Below, piece after piece: positions 46,466 through 57,100 of a stretch of DNA of 64,000 nt (positions are counted from its first letter, which is position 1; the number at the start of each line of letters is the position of its first letter). Location of the stretch: NCBI GenBank assembly GCA_039931165.1, contig JBDTSL010000002.1:7134-71133 (forward strand), read 5' to 3'. The DNA comes from Candidatus Doudnabacteria bacterium. GTDB taxonomy: Bacteria > Patescibacteriota > Doudnabacteria > UBA920 > O2-02-FULL-48-8. The translations under genes and the position numbers were made by a program. A model generated the notes under the pieces. That model made no database searches. It was not told where the DNA came from and saw only the letters and a list, made by a program, of their open reading frames with translations.

Positions 46466-49372
46466 CTATTTCACTTTTTCCTTTACTTGTTTTAAGACCT
46501 TTGCCAAGTATTGGCCGGTGTAAGAGCGCTTAACTTTTGCAACCTCCTCGGGTGTGCCGATGGCCACCACTTCCCCGCCCTTATTTCCGCCTTCGGGCCC
46601 GAGATCAATCACCCAATCAGCGGATTTGATGACGTCCAGGTTGTGTTCGATGACCAACACGGTATTTCCTTTTTCCACCAGACGGGCCAAGACAGCCATC
46701 AGTCTTTTCACATCATCAAAGTGCAGGCCGGTGGTTGGCTCGTCCAAAATATAAAGCGTGCGGCCGGTCGAGGCGCGGGACAGTTCGGAAGAAAGTTTGA
46801 TGCGCTGGGCTTCGCCGCCGGACAATGTGGTTGCTTGCTGACCCAAGTGCATGTAGCCCAGGCCGACCAGGGACAAAGTTTCCAGTTTGCGGGCGATCAG
46901 CGGCACGTTTCGGAAAAATACATGCGCTTCATCCACGGTCATTTCCAAAACATCGGAAATATTCTTGGATTTATAGTGAATATCCAAAGCTTCCTTATTG
47001 TACCGCTTGCCTTTGCATTCCTCGCAGGCCACATAGACGTCCGGCAGGAAATGCATTTCGATCTTGATCACGCCATCGCCGCCGCAAACCTCGCAGCGGC
47101 CGCCTTTGACATTAAAACTGAACCGGCCGGCCCTGTAGCCGCGCATCCTGGCTTCCTGGGTTGCCGCAAATAAATCTCTAACGTAGGTAAAAACACCGGT
47201 GTATGTCGCGGGGTTGGACCTCGGCGTGCGGCCGATGGGCGATTGATCGATGTTGATGACCTTATCGATATTTTCTATGCCCAAAATTTTCTTGTGCTCT
47301 CCAGGAGAGTCTTTTGCATTGTAAAAATATGCTGATAGTGCTTTGGCCAAAATTTCATTGAGCAGAGTGGATTTGCCGCTGCCGGATACACCGGTTAGAA
47401 CCACGAACTTGCCCAGAGGAATTTCCACGTCAATATTTTTCAGATTGAATTCGGACGCGCCGACGATCTTCAGCGTCTTGCCATTGCCTTTTTTCCGGTG
47501 CGCCGGCACGGCCACGATCTCTGTGCCGGCCAAATATCTGCCGGTCAGAGAGTGCTTATCTTTCGCCACTTGCGCGGGTGTTCCTTGCGATACCACTTCG
47601 CCGCCGTGTTTGCCGGCTCCGGGTCCGATGTCCACGACCCAATCAGATTCCCAAATCGTCTCCTCATCGTGCTCGACCACGATCACAGTATTTCCCAGGT
47701 CACGCAAATTTTTCAGGGTTTTCAGCAGACGCGCGTTATCGCGCTGATGCAAGCCGATGGACGGCTCATCCAAAATATACAGAACTCCGGTCAAGCCGGA
47801 GCCGATCTGAGTGGCCAGGCGGATCCTTTGCGCTTCTCCGCCGGACAGTGTGTCGGCCCCACGGTCCAAAGTCAGGTAATCCAACCCCACATCCTGCAAA
47901 AATTTCAATCTAGCTACGATCTCTTTAAATATCTGGCGTGCGATCTTCATATCTTTTTCCGACATTTTTTTCGGCAGATCTTCGGTGAAATCCACCGCTT
48001 CATCAATAGAAAAATTCGAAACATCGACAATGGATTTTCCTTGAATGGTCACGGCCAAGAACTCGGGCTTCAGGCGCTTGCCTTTGCAGGTCGGACATTT
48101 GCGGATGCGCATGTACTGCTCGATCTCTCCGCGCATATAATCCGAATCGGTTTCTTTGTACTTCCGCTCCAGGTTGTTGATCACGCCCTCAAAAGTCGTG
48201 GTCCGCTCGGGCCCGCCCGCCTGTCCGGTAGGCAGGGTTGCATATTCATCGCCAAAGTCAGATTCCCTTTCGCCGGAAATTTTTATCTTGCGGTCTCCGG
48301 TGCCGTACAGCACCACCTCCAAAGCTTTCTTCGGCAGATCTTTGACCGGAGTATGCACCGAAAACCCATATTCGCGGGCAACAGCTTCCAGCACCCTGGA
48401 ATACCATGACAACCTGGAAGTTGTTTTGCTCCACGGCCAAATCGCCCCTTCTGCCAAAGTCAGCTTGTGATTCGGGATGACCAGTTCGGCATCGATCTCA
48501 AGCCGAGTACCCAGTCCCGTGCAGTCGGGACAGGCGCCATGGGGGGAATTAAAAGAAAAGTTCCGGGGATTCAGTTCCGGCAGATTCATGTGGCCATCCG
48601 GACAGGCAAAATTGGACGAAAGAGTAAATTCTTCTCCGTCAGCCGGCGGATCGCCTTTCTGAATGATCACTGAATCATCTCCCAGGTCCAAAGCAGTCTC
48701 CAAGGAGTCGGCGATTCTTGCCCGGTCTCCGGAGTCCAGTGAAATGCGGTCAACCACTACGTCAATCGTATGTTTCTTTTTCTTGTCCACGTTGAGTTGC
48801 ATGGCTTCGCTCAAATCCATGATCGTGCCATCGAACCGGATGCGCTGATAGCCCGAGCGCCTGGCCTCTTCCAGAAGATGCTTGTGCTCGCCTTTTTGGT
48901 CTTTTATCATCGGCGCCATGATCACGACTTTAGTATCCTGCGGCATGCTCATGATCTGGTCGACCATCTGGGTCACGGTTTGGCCGGAAATTTTCTTGCC
49001 GCAGACTGGACAATGCGGCACGCCTACGCGCGCAAACAGCAAACGCAGGTAATCATAAATCTCCGTCACGGTGCCGACAGTCGAACGCGGGTTGTGGGAT
49101 GCGGATTTTTGGTCAATCGAGATGGCCGGGGACAATCCTTCGATCTTGTCCACGTCCGGCTTGTCCATCAAACCCAAAAACTGCCTGGCATAAGCCGACA
49201 GGCTTTCGACGTACCTGCGCTGGCCTTCCGCATAGATGGTGTCAAAGGCCAGAGAGGATTTTCCGCTACCCGAAAGACCGGTGATGACCACCAGTTTATT
49301 TCGGGGAATATCGAGGTTGATATTTTTCAGGTTGTGGACCCGCGCGCCGCGAATGACTATTTTGTCCGACAT
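46466..49372 (-). CDS. uvrA: Excinuclease ABC subunit A
   Basis: Two ABC ATPase modules with zinc fingers; 968 aa. Confidence 0.95.
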   Translation of the reverse strand: MSDKIVIRGARVHNLKNINLDIPRNKLVVITGLSGSGKSSLAFDTIYAEGQRRYVESLSAYARQFLGLMDKPDVDKIEGLSPAISIDQKSASHNPRSTVGTVTEIYDYLRLLFARVGVPHCPVCGKKISGQTVTQMVDQIMSMPQDTKVVIMAPMIKDQKGEHKHLLEEARRSGYQRIRFDGTIMDLSEAMQLNVDKKKKHTIDVVVDRISLDSGDRARIADSLETALDLGDDSVIIQKGDPPADGEEFTLSSNFACPDGHMNLPELNPRNFSFNSPHGACPDCTGLGTRLEIDAELVIPNHKLTLAEGAIWPWSKTTSRLSWYSRVLEAVAREYGFSVHTPVKDLPKKALEVVLYGTGDRKIKISGERESDFGDEYATLPTGQAGGPERTTTFEGVINNLERKYKETDSDYMRGEIEQYMRIRKCPTCKGKRLKPEFLAVTIQGKSIVDVSNFSIDEAVDFTEDLPKKMSEKDMKIARQIFKEIVARLKFLQDVGLDYLTLDRGADTLSGGEAQRIRLATQIGSGLTGVLYILDEPSIGLHQRDNARLLKTLKNLRDLGNTVIVVEHDEETIWESDWVVDIGPGAGKHGGEVVSQGTPAQVAKDKHSLTGRYLAGTEIVAVPAHRKKGNGKTLKIVGASEFNLKNIDVEIPLGKFVVLTGVSGSGKSTLLNEILAKALSAYFYNAKDSPGEHKKILGIENIDKVINIDQSPIGRTPRSNPATYTGVFTYVRDLFAATQEARMRGYRAGRFSFNVKGGRCEVCGGDGVIKIEMHFLPDVYVACEECKGKRYNKEALDIHYKSKNISDVLEMTVDEAHVFFRNVPLIARKLETLSLVGLGYMHLGQQATTLSGGEAQRIKLSSELSRASTGRTLYILDEPTTGLHFDDVKRLMAVLARLVEKGNTVLVIEHNLDVIKSADWVIDLGPEGGNKGGEVVAIGTPEEVAKVKRSYTGQYLAKVLKQVKEKVK

Positions 49373-49480
49373 AAGGGGGTCACTTTCGGATTTGAAAAAT
49401 TTAGACGACCAGACAGCCCTCGAATTGAGGGCTTAAATAAGCCCACGCAGTATATATAAAAAAAATCCCCTTGGCAAGAG

Positions 49481-49930
49481 CTAAGAGGAAGTACGTTTCG
49501 TACTACGGCGGGCGCGAGCTTTATCTCCCAGGTAAATCACCATGGATTCGACTTTCATCACGGCGAGATACCACAAGGAATTACCGGCTGTGATAACCAC
49601 AGCGCATGCGCAAATCATCCCCCAGATGATAATCGGAGCGCCACGCAGATAGTACAGCGTGGGATGGCTTCCGAGCAGTGTGAGTAGCACGGGGACGATG
49701 AAGCAGCCAGCGCCGAAGAAAAAAACGCGCTGAGAGTCCACATCCTCCGGTTGGGATTGCCAGACGTCGAAGAAAAAATACGTCACGAGAATCATGCAGA
49801 GCAGCGCGAATCCAAAAATCGGTTCCTTCAACGCCGGCATATCTGTCAGTTCAGCGTAGCCAGCCGTGAGCGCGATGAGGATCAGCACGGCCAAGGTGGC
49901 CATGAACAGAATACGAAAGGCCTTACTCAT
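49481..49930 (-). CDS. Small membrane protein, hypothetical
   Basis: 149 aa with 4 TM helices; slightly elevated GC. Confidence 0.4.
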   Translation of the reverse strand: MSKAFRILFMATLAVLILIALTAGYAELTDMPALKEPIFGFALLCMILVTYFFFDVWQSQPEDVDSQRVFFFGAGCFIVPVLLTLLGSHPTLYYLRGAPIIIWGMICACAVVITAGNSLWYLAVMKVESMVIYLGDKARARRSTKRTSS

Positions 49931-49998
49931 TGGAAACCTCCTAACGCAGTGGACGTGGATCGCAAGACAGCTTTTCGTGTATCAAGTATAATGTTTTT

Positions 49999-51780
49999 AT
50001 GCCGAAAACACTAGCAGACAAACTTAACGATCTCCCCCAGAAACCCGGTGTCTATATTTTCAAAGACGCCAAGGGGTTGGTTTTGTATGTGGGGAAAGCG
50101 ATCAAACTCAAAAACCGCGTTTCGTCATACTTCAAAAAAGGCGGCGGCGATAACCGGGGGCCCAGGATTGAGCTCATGATCTCGCAAATCGCCGACCTTG
50201 ACTACACGATCACGGACAACGAACTCGAAAGCCTGATCCTGGAAAAAAATTTCATCAAACAGCTCAAACCCAAATACAATGTGGATTTGCGGGATGACAA
50301 AAATTATCTGTTCCTGAAGATAAACATTAAAGACGAGATCCCGACCATCGGCTATGAACGGAAGGCCTCAGATAAATCGGCACGGTACTTCGGGCCTTAT
50401 AGTTCCGGACTCGCGATAAAAGACACTCTGCGCCTGGTGCGTAAAATTTTTCCGTATTGCGCGGCCAAAAAAATTTCCACCAAACCTTGCTTTTATTATC
50501 ATATCGGCAAATGTCCAGGGGTCTGCTTCGGTAAGATCAGTCTCGAAGAATACCGCGAAAATTATATCAAAAAAATCATCCAGTTCCTGGAAGGGCGCCA
50601 AACCGAGATCCTCAAGGATTTACAGCTTCAAATGAAAACTTATGCCGCTCACAGGCAGTTCGAGAAAGCGGCCAAAGTCCGCAACCAGATTTTTGCGCTT
50701 AACCGCGTGCTGGAGCGGCAAAAATTGGTTTATCCGAAAAAACTGGACCAGGATGTGGTTTCCGTCCATACGGACGGAGTAGCGGCCATCAATTTGTTCA
50801 TTATCCGGGAAGGAAAATTGATCCAAAAAGAAAATTTCATTTTGGACAACACCAAACAGATGCCGGAAGGCGAAATCCTGCAAAGTTTCCTGGAAAGGTA
50901 TTACCTTGACACTACCAGCATCCCCAAAGAAATATTGCTGCCGGCCCAGATCAACCAGGATGAATTTTATCCGGTGTTTATCGGCCGCAGAATCCCGAAA
51001 ATAATCATTCCCACGCGAGGTCAAAAACTGCAGTTGATGAAATTGGGAACACTGAACGCCCGGCAATATTTGGAATCCACTTCCGATAAGCATCTGCTGG
51101 AAGAAGCCCGGCTTTTAAGCTCATTGAAAGAACTACAGCGGGTACTGGACCTGCCTATTCTTCCGGGAAGAATCGAGGCTTATGACATTTCAAACTTCCA
51201 GGGGACCAATCCGGTCGGGTCCATGATCGTCTTTGATTTTGCCCGGCCGAAAAAAGACCAATACCGCAAATTTAAGATCAACAAAAAACAGACACCTGAC
51301 GACTTCGCCATGATGCGCGAGCTGCTCGAACGAAGATTTCGGCATTCTAACTGGCCTCTGCCCGATCTTATCCTGATCGACGGCGGCAAAGGACAACTAT
51401 CCAGCGCGGTCAAAATATTAAAGCAATATAATTTAAATATTCCAATTATCGGATTAGCCAAAAGAATTGAGGAAATTTTTAAACCACTACAACCTACCCC
51501 TTACAACCTACCGCCTAATTCCCAAGCGTTATACTTGTTACAACTCATCCGCGACGAAGCGCACCGCTTCGCCGTGACCTATCACCGCAAACTCCGCTCC
51601 CGCTCAGCGGTTTCTTCAGTTCTGGACAAAATTTCCGGCATCGGCCCGGCCAAAAAAAAATTGCTTCTTCAAAAATACGGTTCCGCCGCATCGGTCCGCT
51701 CCGCATCCCTGACCGACTTGGCAAACATCATCGGCTCCAAGGCCGCGGAAAAGGTCAAGGCCAGCCTGCCTGCTCGGTAG
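49999..51780 (+). CDS. uvrC: Excinuclease ABC subunit C
   Basis: GIY-YIG N-terminus, UvrBC motif, RNaseH-like and HhH C-terminus. Confidence 0.9.
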   Translation: MPKTLADKLNDLPQKPGVYIFKDAKGLVLYVGKAIKLKNRVSSYFKKGGGDNRGPRIELMISQIADLDYTITDNELESLILEKNFIKQLKPKYNVDLRDDKNYLFLKINIKDEIPTIGYERKASDKSARYFGPYSSGLAIKDTLRLVRKIFPYCAAKKISTKPCFYYHIGKCPGVCFGKISLEEYRENYIKKIIQFLEGRQTEILKDLQLQMKTYAAHRQFEKAAKVRNQIFALNRVLERQKLVYPKKLDQDVVSVHTDGVAAINLFIIREGKLIQKENFILDNTKQMPEGEILQSFLERYYLDTTSIPKEILLPAQINQDEFYPVFIGRRIPKIIIPTRGQKLQLMKLGTLNARQYLESTSDKHLLEEARLLSSLKELQRVLDLPILPGRIEAYDISNFQGTNPVGSMIVFDFARPKKDQYRKFKINKKQTPDDFAMMRELLERRFRHSNWPLPDLILIDGGKGQLSSAVKILKQYNLNIPIIGLAKRIEEIFKPLQPTPYNLPPNSQALYLLQLIRDEAHRFAVTYHRKLRSRSAVSSVLDKISGIGPAKKKLLLQKYGSAASVRSASLTDLANIIGSKAAEKVKASLPAR

Positions 51781-51838
51781 GCAAGTCTTTGACACCCGCG
51801 CTGTTATCTGGCAATATACTTGGGCGAATTCTACTACT

Positions 51839-52066
51839 ATGAAAATCCCTCAAAACATTTTAATTTTTGCCCTGATCGCGGTTGATGTATTATTGATCGT
51901 CAGCATTCTTCTGCAGCAACGGGAAGGCGGCCTATCTACGGTTTTCGGCGGCGAAGGCAATGTCTACCGCTCCAAGCGCGGCATCGCCCTCGGCCTCCAC
52001 TACTTCACAGTAGTTTTGGCCGTGGTGTTTGTGGCCCTTAGCGTCCTGATCGTTTTCCTGAAATAA
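51839..52066 (+). CDS. secG: Preprotein translocase subunit SecG
   Basis: 75 aa, two TM helices; SecG-like QQREGGLSTVFGG. Confidence 0.75.
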   Translation: MKIPQNILIFALIAVDVLLIVSILLQQREGGLSTVFGGEGNVYRSKRGIALGLHYFTVVLAVVFVALSVLIVFLK

Positions 52067-52156
52067 ACCCCCTCACCAATCCTATCCAGTATGAATATAA
52101 CGGATAATTTCTTTAAATTTTTAAAAAACCAAATACTAGAACCAATTTATCCTTAT

Positions 52157-52172
52157 TGGTGCGGGGGTAAAT
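52157..52172. repeat. 14-mer motif copy 3
   Basis: ttggtgcgggggtaaa, 9 nt before the MITE-like element at 52181. Confidence 0.55.
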
Positions 52173-52180
52173 TTTCTCTG

Positions 52181-52321
52181 CCGGGTAGTAAAATTTAATT
52201 TGATTTAATTATTTAATTTAAACCTTTCTTGAAAATAATAGATTCCGACCTGACTAAATTGAAAAGTAATTATTCTATCTGTTTCGCTTCGCGAAACAGA
52301 TATTAAATTTCTACTACCCGG
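52181..52321. repeat. MITE-like element (family C) with 16-bp terminal inverted repeats ccgggtagtaaaattt / aaatttctactacccgg and an internal 11-bp-stem palindrome. It abuts the start codon of the peptide-binding protein gene.
   Basis: Terminal repeats at 52181-52196 and 52305-52321; internal atctgtttcgc-ttc-gcgaaacagat at 52277-52301. Confidence 0.55.
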
Positions 52322-54097
52322 ATGAGCAATCTTTGGTTGCAACTTAAAACTTTTTTTCAGAGCTTGCAGGTCGGGTTGATTTCGGTTCCCAATCTCAAGC
52401 GCCGGCAGATCCCCGACATCCTGGAGAATATTTACAAAAAAGAGTTTTATATCTTCACTGCCGCCCTCCTGATATTCATCTTCTCAGGCGGGTTTTTGCT
52501 TTTTCAGGCATTCCAGTTTCAGGGCTCCGGACCGCGTTCCGGAGGGGAACTGGTGGAAGGTTTGGTCGGCGAACCGCAATTCATCAATCCGGTGCTTTCC
52601 GAAACTTCGGGCGTGGACATGGATATATCGCGACTGGTTTACGGTCAGTTGTTGAAATTCGACGACCAGGAAAAATTGACGCCGGATCTGGCCGCTGCAT
52701 TGCCGCAAATCAGCCAAGATCAAAAAACTTATACTTTAAACCTAAAACCGAATCTAAAATGGCAGGACGGGCATGCACTGAATGCCGATGATATCCTGTT
52801 CACGATCCAGACGATCCAAAACGGCGACTATCAGTCCCCACTTCGTCCGAACTGGGCGCGGGTCAAAGTAGCGAAAGTGGATGACCTGACTCTGACATTC
52901 GTATTGCACGAAGTTTCCGCTTCTTTTGCTTCAAACTTTGCTTTGGGGATCCTGCCGAAACACGTTTGGGCAGGCATTTCCGCCCAAAACTTCCGCCTCA
53001 CCGACTATAACCTCAAACCTGTCGGCTCCGGGCCGTTTGCGGTTTCGGAGATCAAAAAAACTTCCGACGGCACGATCAAATCGGTCAGTTTGCGCGCCAA
53101 CGATAAGTACTACCAGGGCCGGCCCTACCTAAACCAAATCACTTTTAAATTCTATGACGGCTACGACAGCCTGATAGGCGCTTATCAGGCCAAAGACATT
53201 CAAAGTTTAGGTGTGGTGCCTTTTGACCAGAAAGCTTTTTTGGGAACTTCCGACAGGATGAAGGCGAACCGGATAAATCTGCCTCAATACCAGGCTGTTT
53301 TTTTCAACTTACCGAAAAATTCGACCCTCAACGAAAAAGCCGTGCGTCAGGCCTTATGGCTTGCTACCGACCGCGGTTCGATAATCAAAGACGTTTATTT
53401 AGGAAACGCGGCGCCCGCTTATGGACCGATCCTGGAAGGAAGTTTGGGATATAATCCGAGCATCGCCAAGTCTGCCCATACCAATCTTGAGGAAGCGGCC
53501 GGTATTCTGAATAAGGCTGGCTGGATCCTGGACCCGGCTACAAATATCAGGTACAAAAATTCCGCCAAAGGCGGATCCGCCTCCGGCGGAAAAAAAACGC
53601 TGGAGTTCAGTCTGGCCACCACAAGCAATCTGGTGATCAATGTCAAAGCCGCGCAGATCTTGCAAAACCAATGGGCCGCCATCGGCGTCAAGGTTAATTT
53701 AATTATTGTCAATTCATACGACCTGGAGTCCCAGTACATCCGGCCGAGAGCTTTTGACGCTTTATTGTTCTCAGAAAATGTGGGGGCCGATCCCGACCCG
53801 TTTCCTTTCTGGCATTCCAGCCAGTCCCGAGATCCGGGTTTGAATCTATCCGGCTTCACCAATGCCGAAGCGGATAAACTTCTGACCGAAGCCAGACAAA
53901 CTTCGGATCCGAGCATCCGGACCCGCGACTATCTGCGGTTCCAGGAGATCATCAATGACCAGCTGCCCGCCTTATTTCTGGTCCGCTCATTATATATTTA
54001 CAATGTGCCGAAAAATCTCCAGGGCATAAATTTAACCGACATCATCCATCCGTCGGAACGGTTCCTTGATGTGAATCGTTGGTATTTCCAAAATTAA
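52322..54097 (+). CDS. ABC transporter substrate-binding protein, family 5 (peptide/nickel)
   Basis: SBP_bac_5 similarity; N-terminal TM anchor. Carries the 36-bp in-frame insert NSAKGGSASGGK at 53558-53593. Confidence 0.8.
   Translation: MSNLWLQLKTFFQSLQVGLISVPNLKRRQIPDILENIYKKEFYIFTAALLIFIFSGGFLLFQAFQFQGSGPRSGGELVEGLVGEPQFINPVLSETSGVDMDISRLVYGQLLKFDDQEKLTPDLAAALPQISQDQKTYTLNLKPNLKWQDGHALNADDILFTIQTIQNGDYQSPLRPNWARVKVAKVDDLTLTFVLHEVSASFASNFALGILPKHVWAGISAQNFRLTDYNLKPVGSGPFAVSEIKKTSDGTIKSVSLRANDKYYQGRPYLNQITFKFYDGYDSLIGAYQAKDIQSLGVVPFDQKAFLGTSDRMKANRINLPQYQAVFFNLPKNSTLNEKAVRQALWLATDRGSIIKDVYLGNAAPAYGPILEGSLGYNPSIAKSAHTNLEEAAGILNKAGWILDPATNIRYKNSAKGGSASGGKKTLEFSLATTSNLVINVKAAQILQNQWAAIGVKVNLIIVNSYDLESQYIRPRAFDALLFSENVGADPDPFPFWHSSQSRDPGLNLSGFTNAEADKLLTEARQTSDPSIRTRDYLRFQEIINDQLPALFLVRSLYIYNVPKNLQGINLTDIIHPSERFLDVNRWYFQN
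53558..53593. repeat. 36-bp palindromic in-frame insertion, copy 1
   Basis: aattccgccaaaggcggatccgcctccggcggaaaa, identical to 60738-60773. Confidence 0.8.
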
Positions 54098-54181
54098 ATA
54101 TTTAGATTAAACTATAATGACCCAGACAAAAATAGGTCTATAGACCCGACAAACGGGTCGAGCACGACTTTTGTCCGACGA

Positions 54182-54267
54182 GGGCGAGTGGCGGAATGGC
54201 AGACGCACTGGCTTCAGGAGCCAGCGATCGCAAGATCATGGAGGTTCGACTCCTCTCTCGCCCACCA
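54182..54267 (+). tRNA. tRNA-Leu (anticodon CAG), long variable arm, CCA encoded
   Basis: Manual cloverleaf: acceptor GGGCGAG/CTCGCCC, anticodon stem CTGGC/GCCAG with loop TTCAGGA, T-arm GGAGG-TTCGACT-CCTCT. Confidence 0.8.
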
Positions 54268-54289
54268 GTATTTTACTGAATGGAATTTT

Positions 54290-55069
54290 ATGGAACAAGA
54301 AACTCAACAGCAACCAGAGCAATTTAATTCGCCTCCAGAAAATAAAAAGAAAATAATTATAGCTATTGGTGTGGTCGTTCTTGTTCTCCTTCTTGCCAGC
54401 GGATATTTTCTTTTTTCAAAACGTTCGGTAAAACAACCCGAAACTCAACAAATATCCCAGCCAGTAGATATTACCGGACAGAAAATGTATAGGAATCAAG
54501 AATATGGATTTGAGTTTCAATACCCGCAAAATTTTTTGGTTGGAAAATTTAAGCCTGAAGTTACTCCCTCTAGCAATGTTCCGCCAGATATACTAGAGAA
54601 ACAGCGCGACCTAAGTTTCAACAATGCAATAGTATTAGTTGAATTAGAACAAAAAGCTTTATTTTCAAAATCACCAAAAAATTTCTCGATAGACAGCATC
54701 CCAATTGGTGAAGTTCCGACTATCAGTATTAAGCCGATTACAACTTCGGCTGATTTTTACCGGAAAAATTTTATTGATAGTGATACAACATGGGGCGGTA
54801 AAAATATAAAAATTAATGAATATCAGGTTACTAAACTGCCTGGATATCCGGGACCATACGGAGACGCGGTATATTATTATTTACTCCCGATTTCAGACAA
54901 TTTAATCATTGAATTCATAGGCTTCAAACAAAAAATTCTTACAAACACCACAATGACCGAAAGTTATTACGACAAAATAATTGAAAATATCATTTCTACT
55001 TTCAAATTAACCCAAAAAGTTGTAGAAGGGCGCGTGATAACTCCATATTATTTAGGATTTAGAGTTTAG
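54290..55069 (+). CDS. Hypothetical membrane-anchored protein
   Basis: The ORF-track start at 54188 overlaps tRNA-Leu; the ATG at 54290 is preferred. Q/E-rich N-terminus, one TM helix. Confidence 0.5.
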   Translation: MEQETQQQPEQFNSPPENKKKIIIAIGVVVLVLLLASGYFLFSKRSVKQPETQQISQPVDITGQKMYRNQEYGFEFQYPQNFLVGKFKPEVTPSSNVPPDILEKQRDLSFNNAIVLVELEQKALFSKSPKNFSIDSIPIGEVPTISIKPITTSADFYRKNFIDSDTTWGGKNIKINEYQVTKLPGYPGPYGDAVYYYLLPISDNLIIEFIGFKQKILTNTTMTESYYDKIIENIISTFKLTQKVVEGRVITPYYLGFRV

Positions 55070-55092
55070 ATATTAGGATTTCGAATAGAGAG

Positions 55093-55121
55093 TTGACTAA
55101 ATCCACCGTTAGGTATATACT
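55093..55121 (+). promoter_or_regulatory. Sigma-70-like promoter TTGACT-N17-TATACT, with a roughly 170-nt structured leader before rnj
   Basis: ttgact 55093-98, tatact 55116-21. Confidence 0.5.
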
Positions 55122-55298
55122 ATATATACATTAGTTTCCTCTTATTTGAATCAAAAGTTAATAAAAGTCAGTCAATAAACGAAAGTTTGTTGTTTGTCTT
55201 GTGTTAATTGAGCAATTAGGCCTTGGGTTTAGCCCTGCCTGACGCTCGTAATATATCTTTAATGTCGTAAGCGACACAATTACGATTAGTAGGTTTTT

Positions 55299-57041
55299 AT
55301 GATGTTGCGCAAACAAGCAACCACCGCTGTAGCCACACGCCCACAAGAACGTGTTGCGGATAGCAAAGCCACTCTGAAAGTCATCCCATTGGGAGGTATC
55401 GAAGAGGTCGGCGAAAACATGACCGTGCTGGAGTACGGTGATGACATTCTTGTGATCGACATGGGACTCGGGTTTCCGGATGAGACCATGCCGGGGATTG
55501 ATTACATCATCCCGAACACCAAATATCTGGAAGACAATAAAAAAAGGATCCGCGGAGTGATCATCACTCATGGCCATTTGGACCATATCGGCGCCATCCC
55601 TTACATCATGCCAAAAATCGGCGACCCGCCGATCTATACCATGAAGTTGACCGGCGAGCTGATCAAAAAGCGCCTGGAAGAATTCCATCTGCTCGGAAGA
55701 AGCCAGATCCACGAACTGAACAAGGACGATGTTTTGACTTTGGGCAATTTTCGCATCCGATTTTTCCGGATCAACCATAACATCCCCGATGGCGTGGGGC
55801 TGGCGATAAATACGCCGGCAGGCCTTTTGGTTTATGCCACTGACTGGAAATTCGACCACACTCCTGTGGACGGCCGCCCCACGGAGTTCGACAAACTGGC
55901 CAAATTCGGCGGCGAGGGCGTGGCTCTGCTGATGTCCGATTCCACTAATGCGGAAAAGCCCGGCTATTCCATGTCCGAAAAAACACTCGGAGATACAATT
56001 GACCGGATCATGACCGAAGCCAAAGGGCGCGTGATTTTCGCGACCTTCTCCACTCTTATTTCCCGCGTCCAGCAAGTGATCGACGCCGCGTTCAAAAGCA
56101 ACCGTAAAATTGTCATCACCGGCAGGTCGCTTGTGAACAACGTGGAAATTTGTCTTGCAACCAATTATCTGAAAATGCCGGCCAAAGGCATGATCATAAA
56201 AATGGAACAGGCCCGCAAACTGCCCGACAACCAGGTCGTGATCCTGACCACCGGGTCGCAGGGCGAAGAAGCATCGGCCCTGGCCCGCATAGCCAGAAGC
56301 GAGCACAAGACCATTGAGATAAAAAAAGGCGACACCTGCGTAGTGTCCGCCTCTCCGATCCCAGGCAATGAACGCGCGGTGTCAGGTATTCTGTCCAACC
56401 TGGCGCGATTGGGCGCCAGAGTGCTGTACCAAAAGATCTTGGATATCCATACTTCCGGGCATGCCTACCAGGAAGATCTGAAGCTGATGATCTCCCTGAC
56501 CAAACCCAAAAACTTCATGCCGATTCACGGCGAGCACCACATGTTGGTGGCGCACGCGCAGCTGGCGAAGGATGTCGGAGTTCCGGAAGAAAATATTTTC
56601 ATTCTGGACAACGGCCAGATGCTGGAAATGGCGCCGACGGGATTGCATATCACGGAAGCCAAAATCCCGACCGGCTACGTTTATGTGGATGGTCTGGGAG
56701 TCGGCGATGTCGGCGAAGTTGTGCTCCGCGACCGGCAGGTCATGAGCAAGGATGGTATGTTTGTCATCATCATGACCATTGACCGCAAAACCAGCAAACT
56801 GACAAACCCGCCGGATATTATCTCGCGCGGCTTCATCTATATGAAAGGCTCTGAAGATCTTCTGAAAGAGGTTAAGCACGAAGTACGGAAGGTCGTGGAA
56901 AGCAAAGGCAAGGGCAATGGCACCATGCGCGAACCGAACTGGAGCTTTATCCGCTCCGAGGTCCGCGACCAGATCGGTGAGTTTCTGTTCCAACGGACGG
57001 AACGCAGACCCATGGTCTTGCCGGTAGTTATTGAAGTATAA
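55299..57041 (+). CDS. rnj: Ribonuclease J (metallo-beta-lactamase / beta-CASP)
   Basis: HGHLDH motif plus beta-CASP and C-terminal domain; 580 aa; intrinsic terminator at 57049-57080. Confidence 0.9.
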   Translation: MMLRKQATTAVATRPQERVADSKATLKVIPLGGIEEVGENMTVLEYGDDILVIDMGLGFPDETMPGIDYIIPNTKYLEDNKKRIRGVIITHGHLDHIGAIPYIMPKIGDPPIYTMKLTGELIKKRLEEFHLLGRSQIHELNKDDVLTLGNFRIRFFRINHNIPDGVGLAINTPAGLLVYATDWKFDHTPVDGRPTEFDKLAKFGGEGVALLMSDSTNAEKPGYSMSEKTLGDTIDRIMTEAKGRVIFATFSTLISRVQQVIDAAFKSNRKIVITGRSLVNNVEICLATNYLKMPAKGMIIKMEQARKLPDNQVVILTTGSQGEEASALARIARSEHKTIEIKKGDTCVVSASPIPGNERAVSGILSNLARLGARVLYQKILDIHTSGHAYQEDLKLMISLTKPKNFMPIHGEHHMLVAHAQLAKDVGVPEENIFILDNGQMLEMAPTGLHITEAKIPTGYVYVDGLGVGDVGEVVLRDRQVMSKDGMFVIIMTIDRKTSKLTNPPDIISRGFIYMKGSEDLLKEVKHEVRKVVESKGKGNGTMREPNWSFIRSEVRDQIGEFLFQRTERRPMVLPVVIEV

Positions 57042-57100
57042 AAAAATCCGCTCCGAAAGGGGCGGTTTTCTTTTTGCTTTAAAAGTCATATAATACAGTT

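Noticed and set aside
47498-48409. 303-aa plus-strand ORF
   Set aside because: Antisense to uvrA.
49373-49480. Island-type promoter upstream of uvrA (tatactgcgt)
   Set aside because: Shares only the -10 hexamer plus 4 nt with the island cassette. It is more likely a generic host -10 than a copy of the cassette.
55158-56306. 382-aa ORF on the minus strand
   Set aside because: Entirely antisense to the well-supported RNase J gene; Gly/His-rich low-complexity translation; no RBS.
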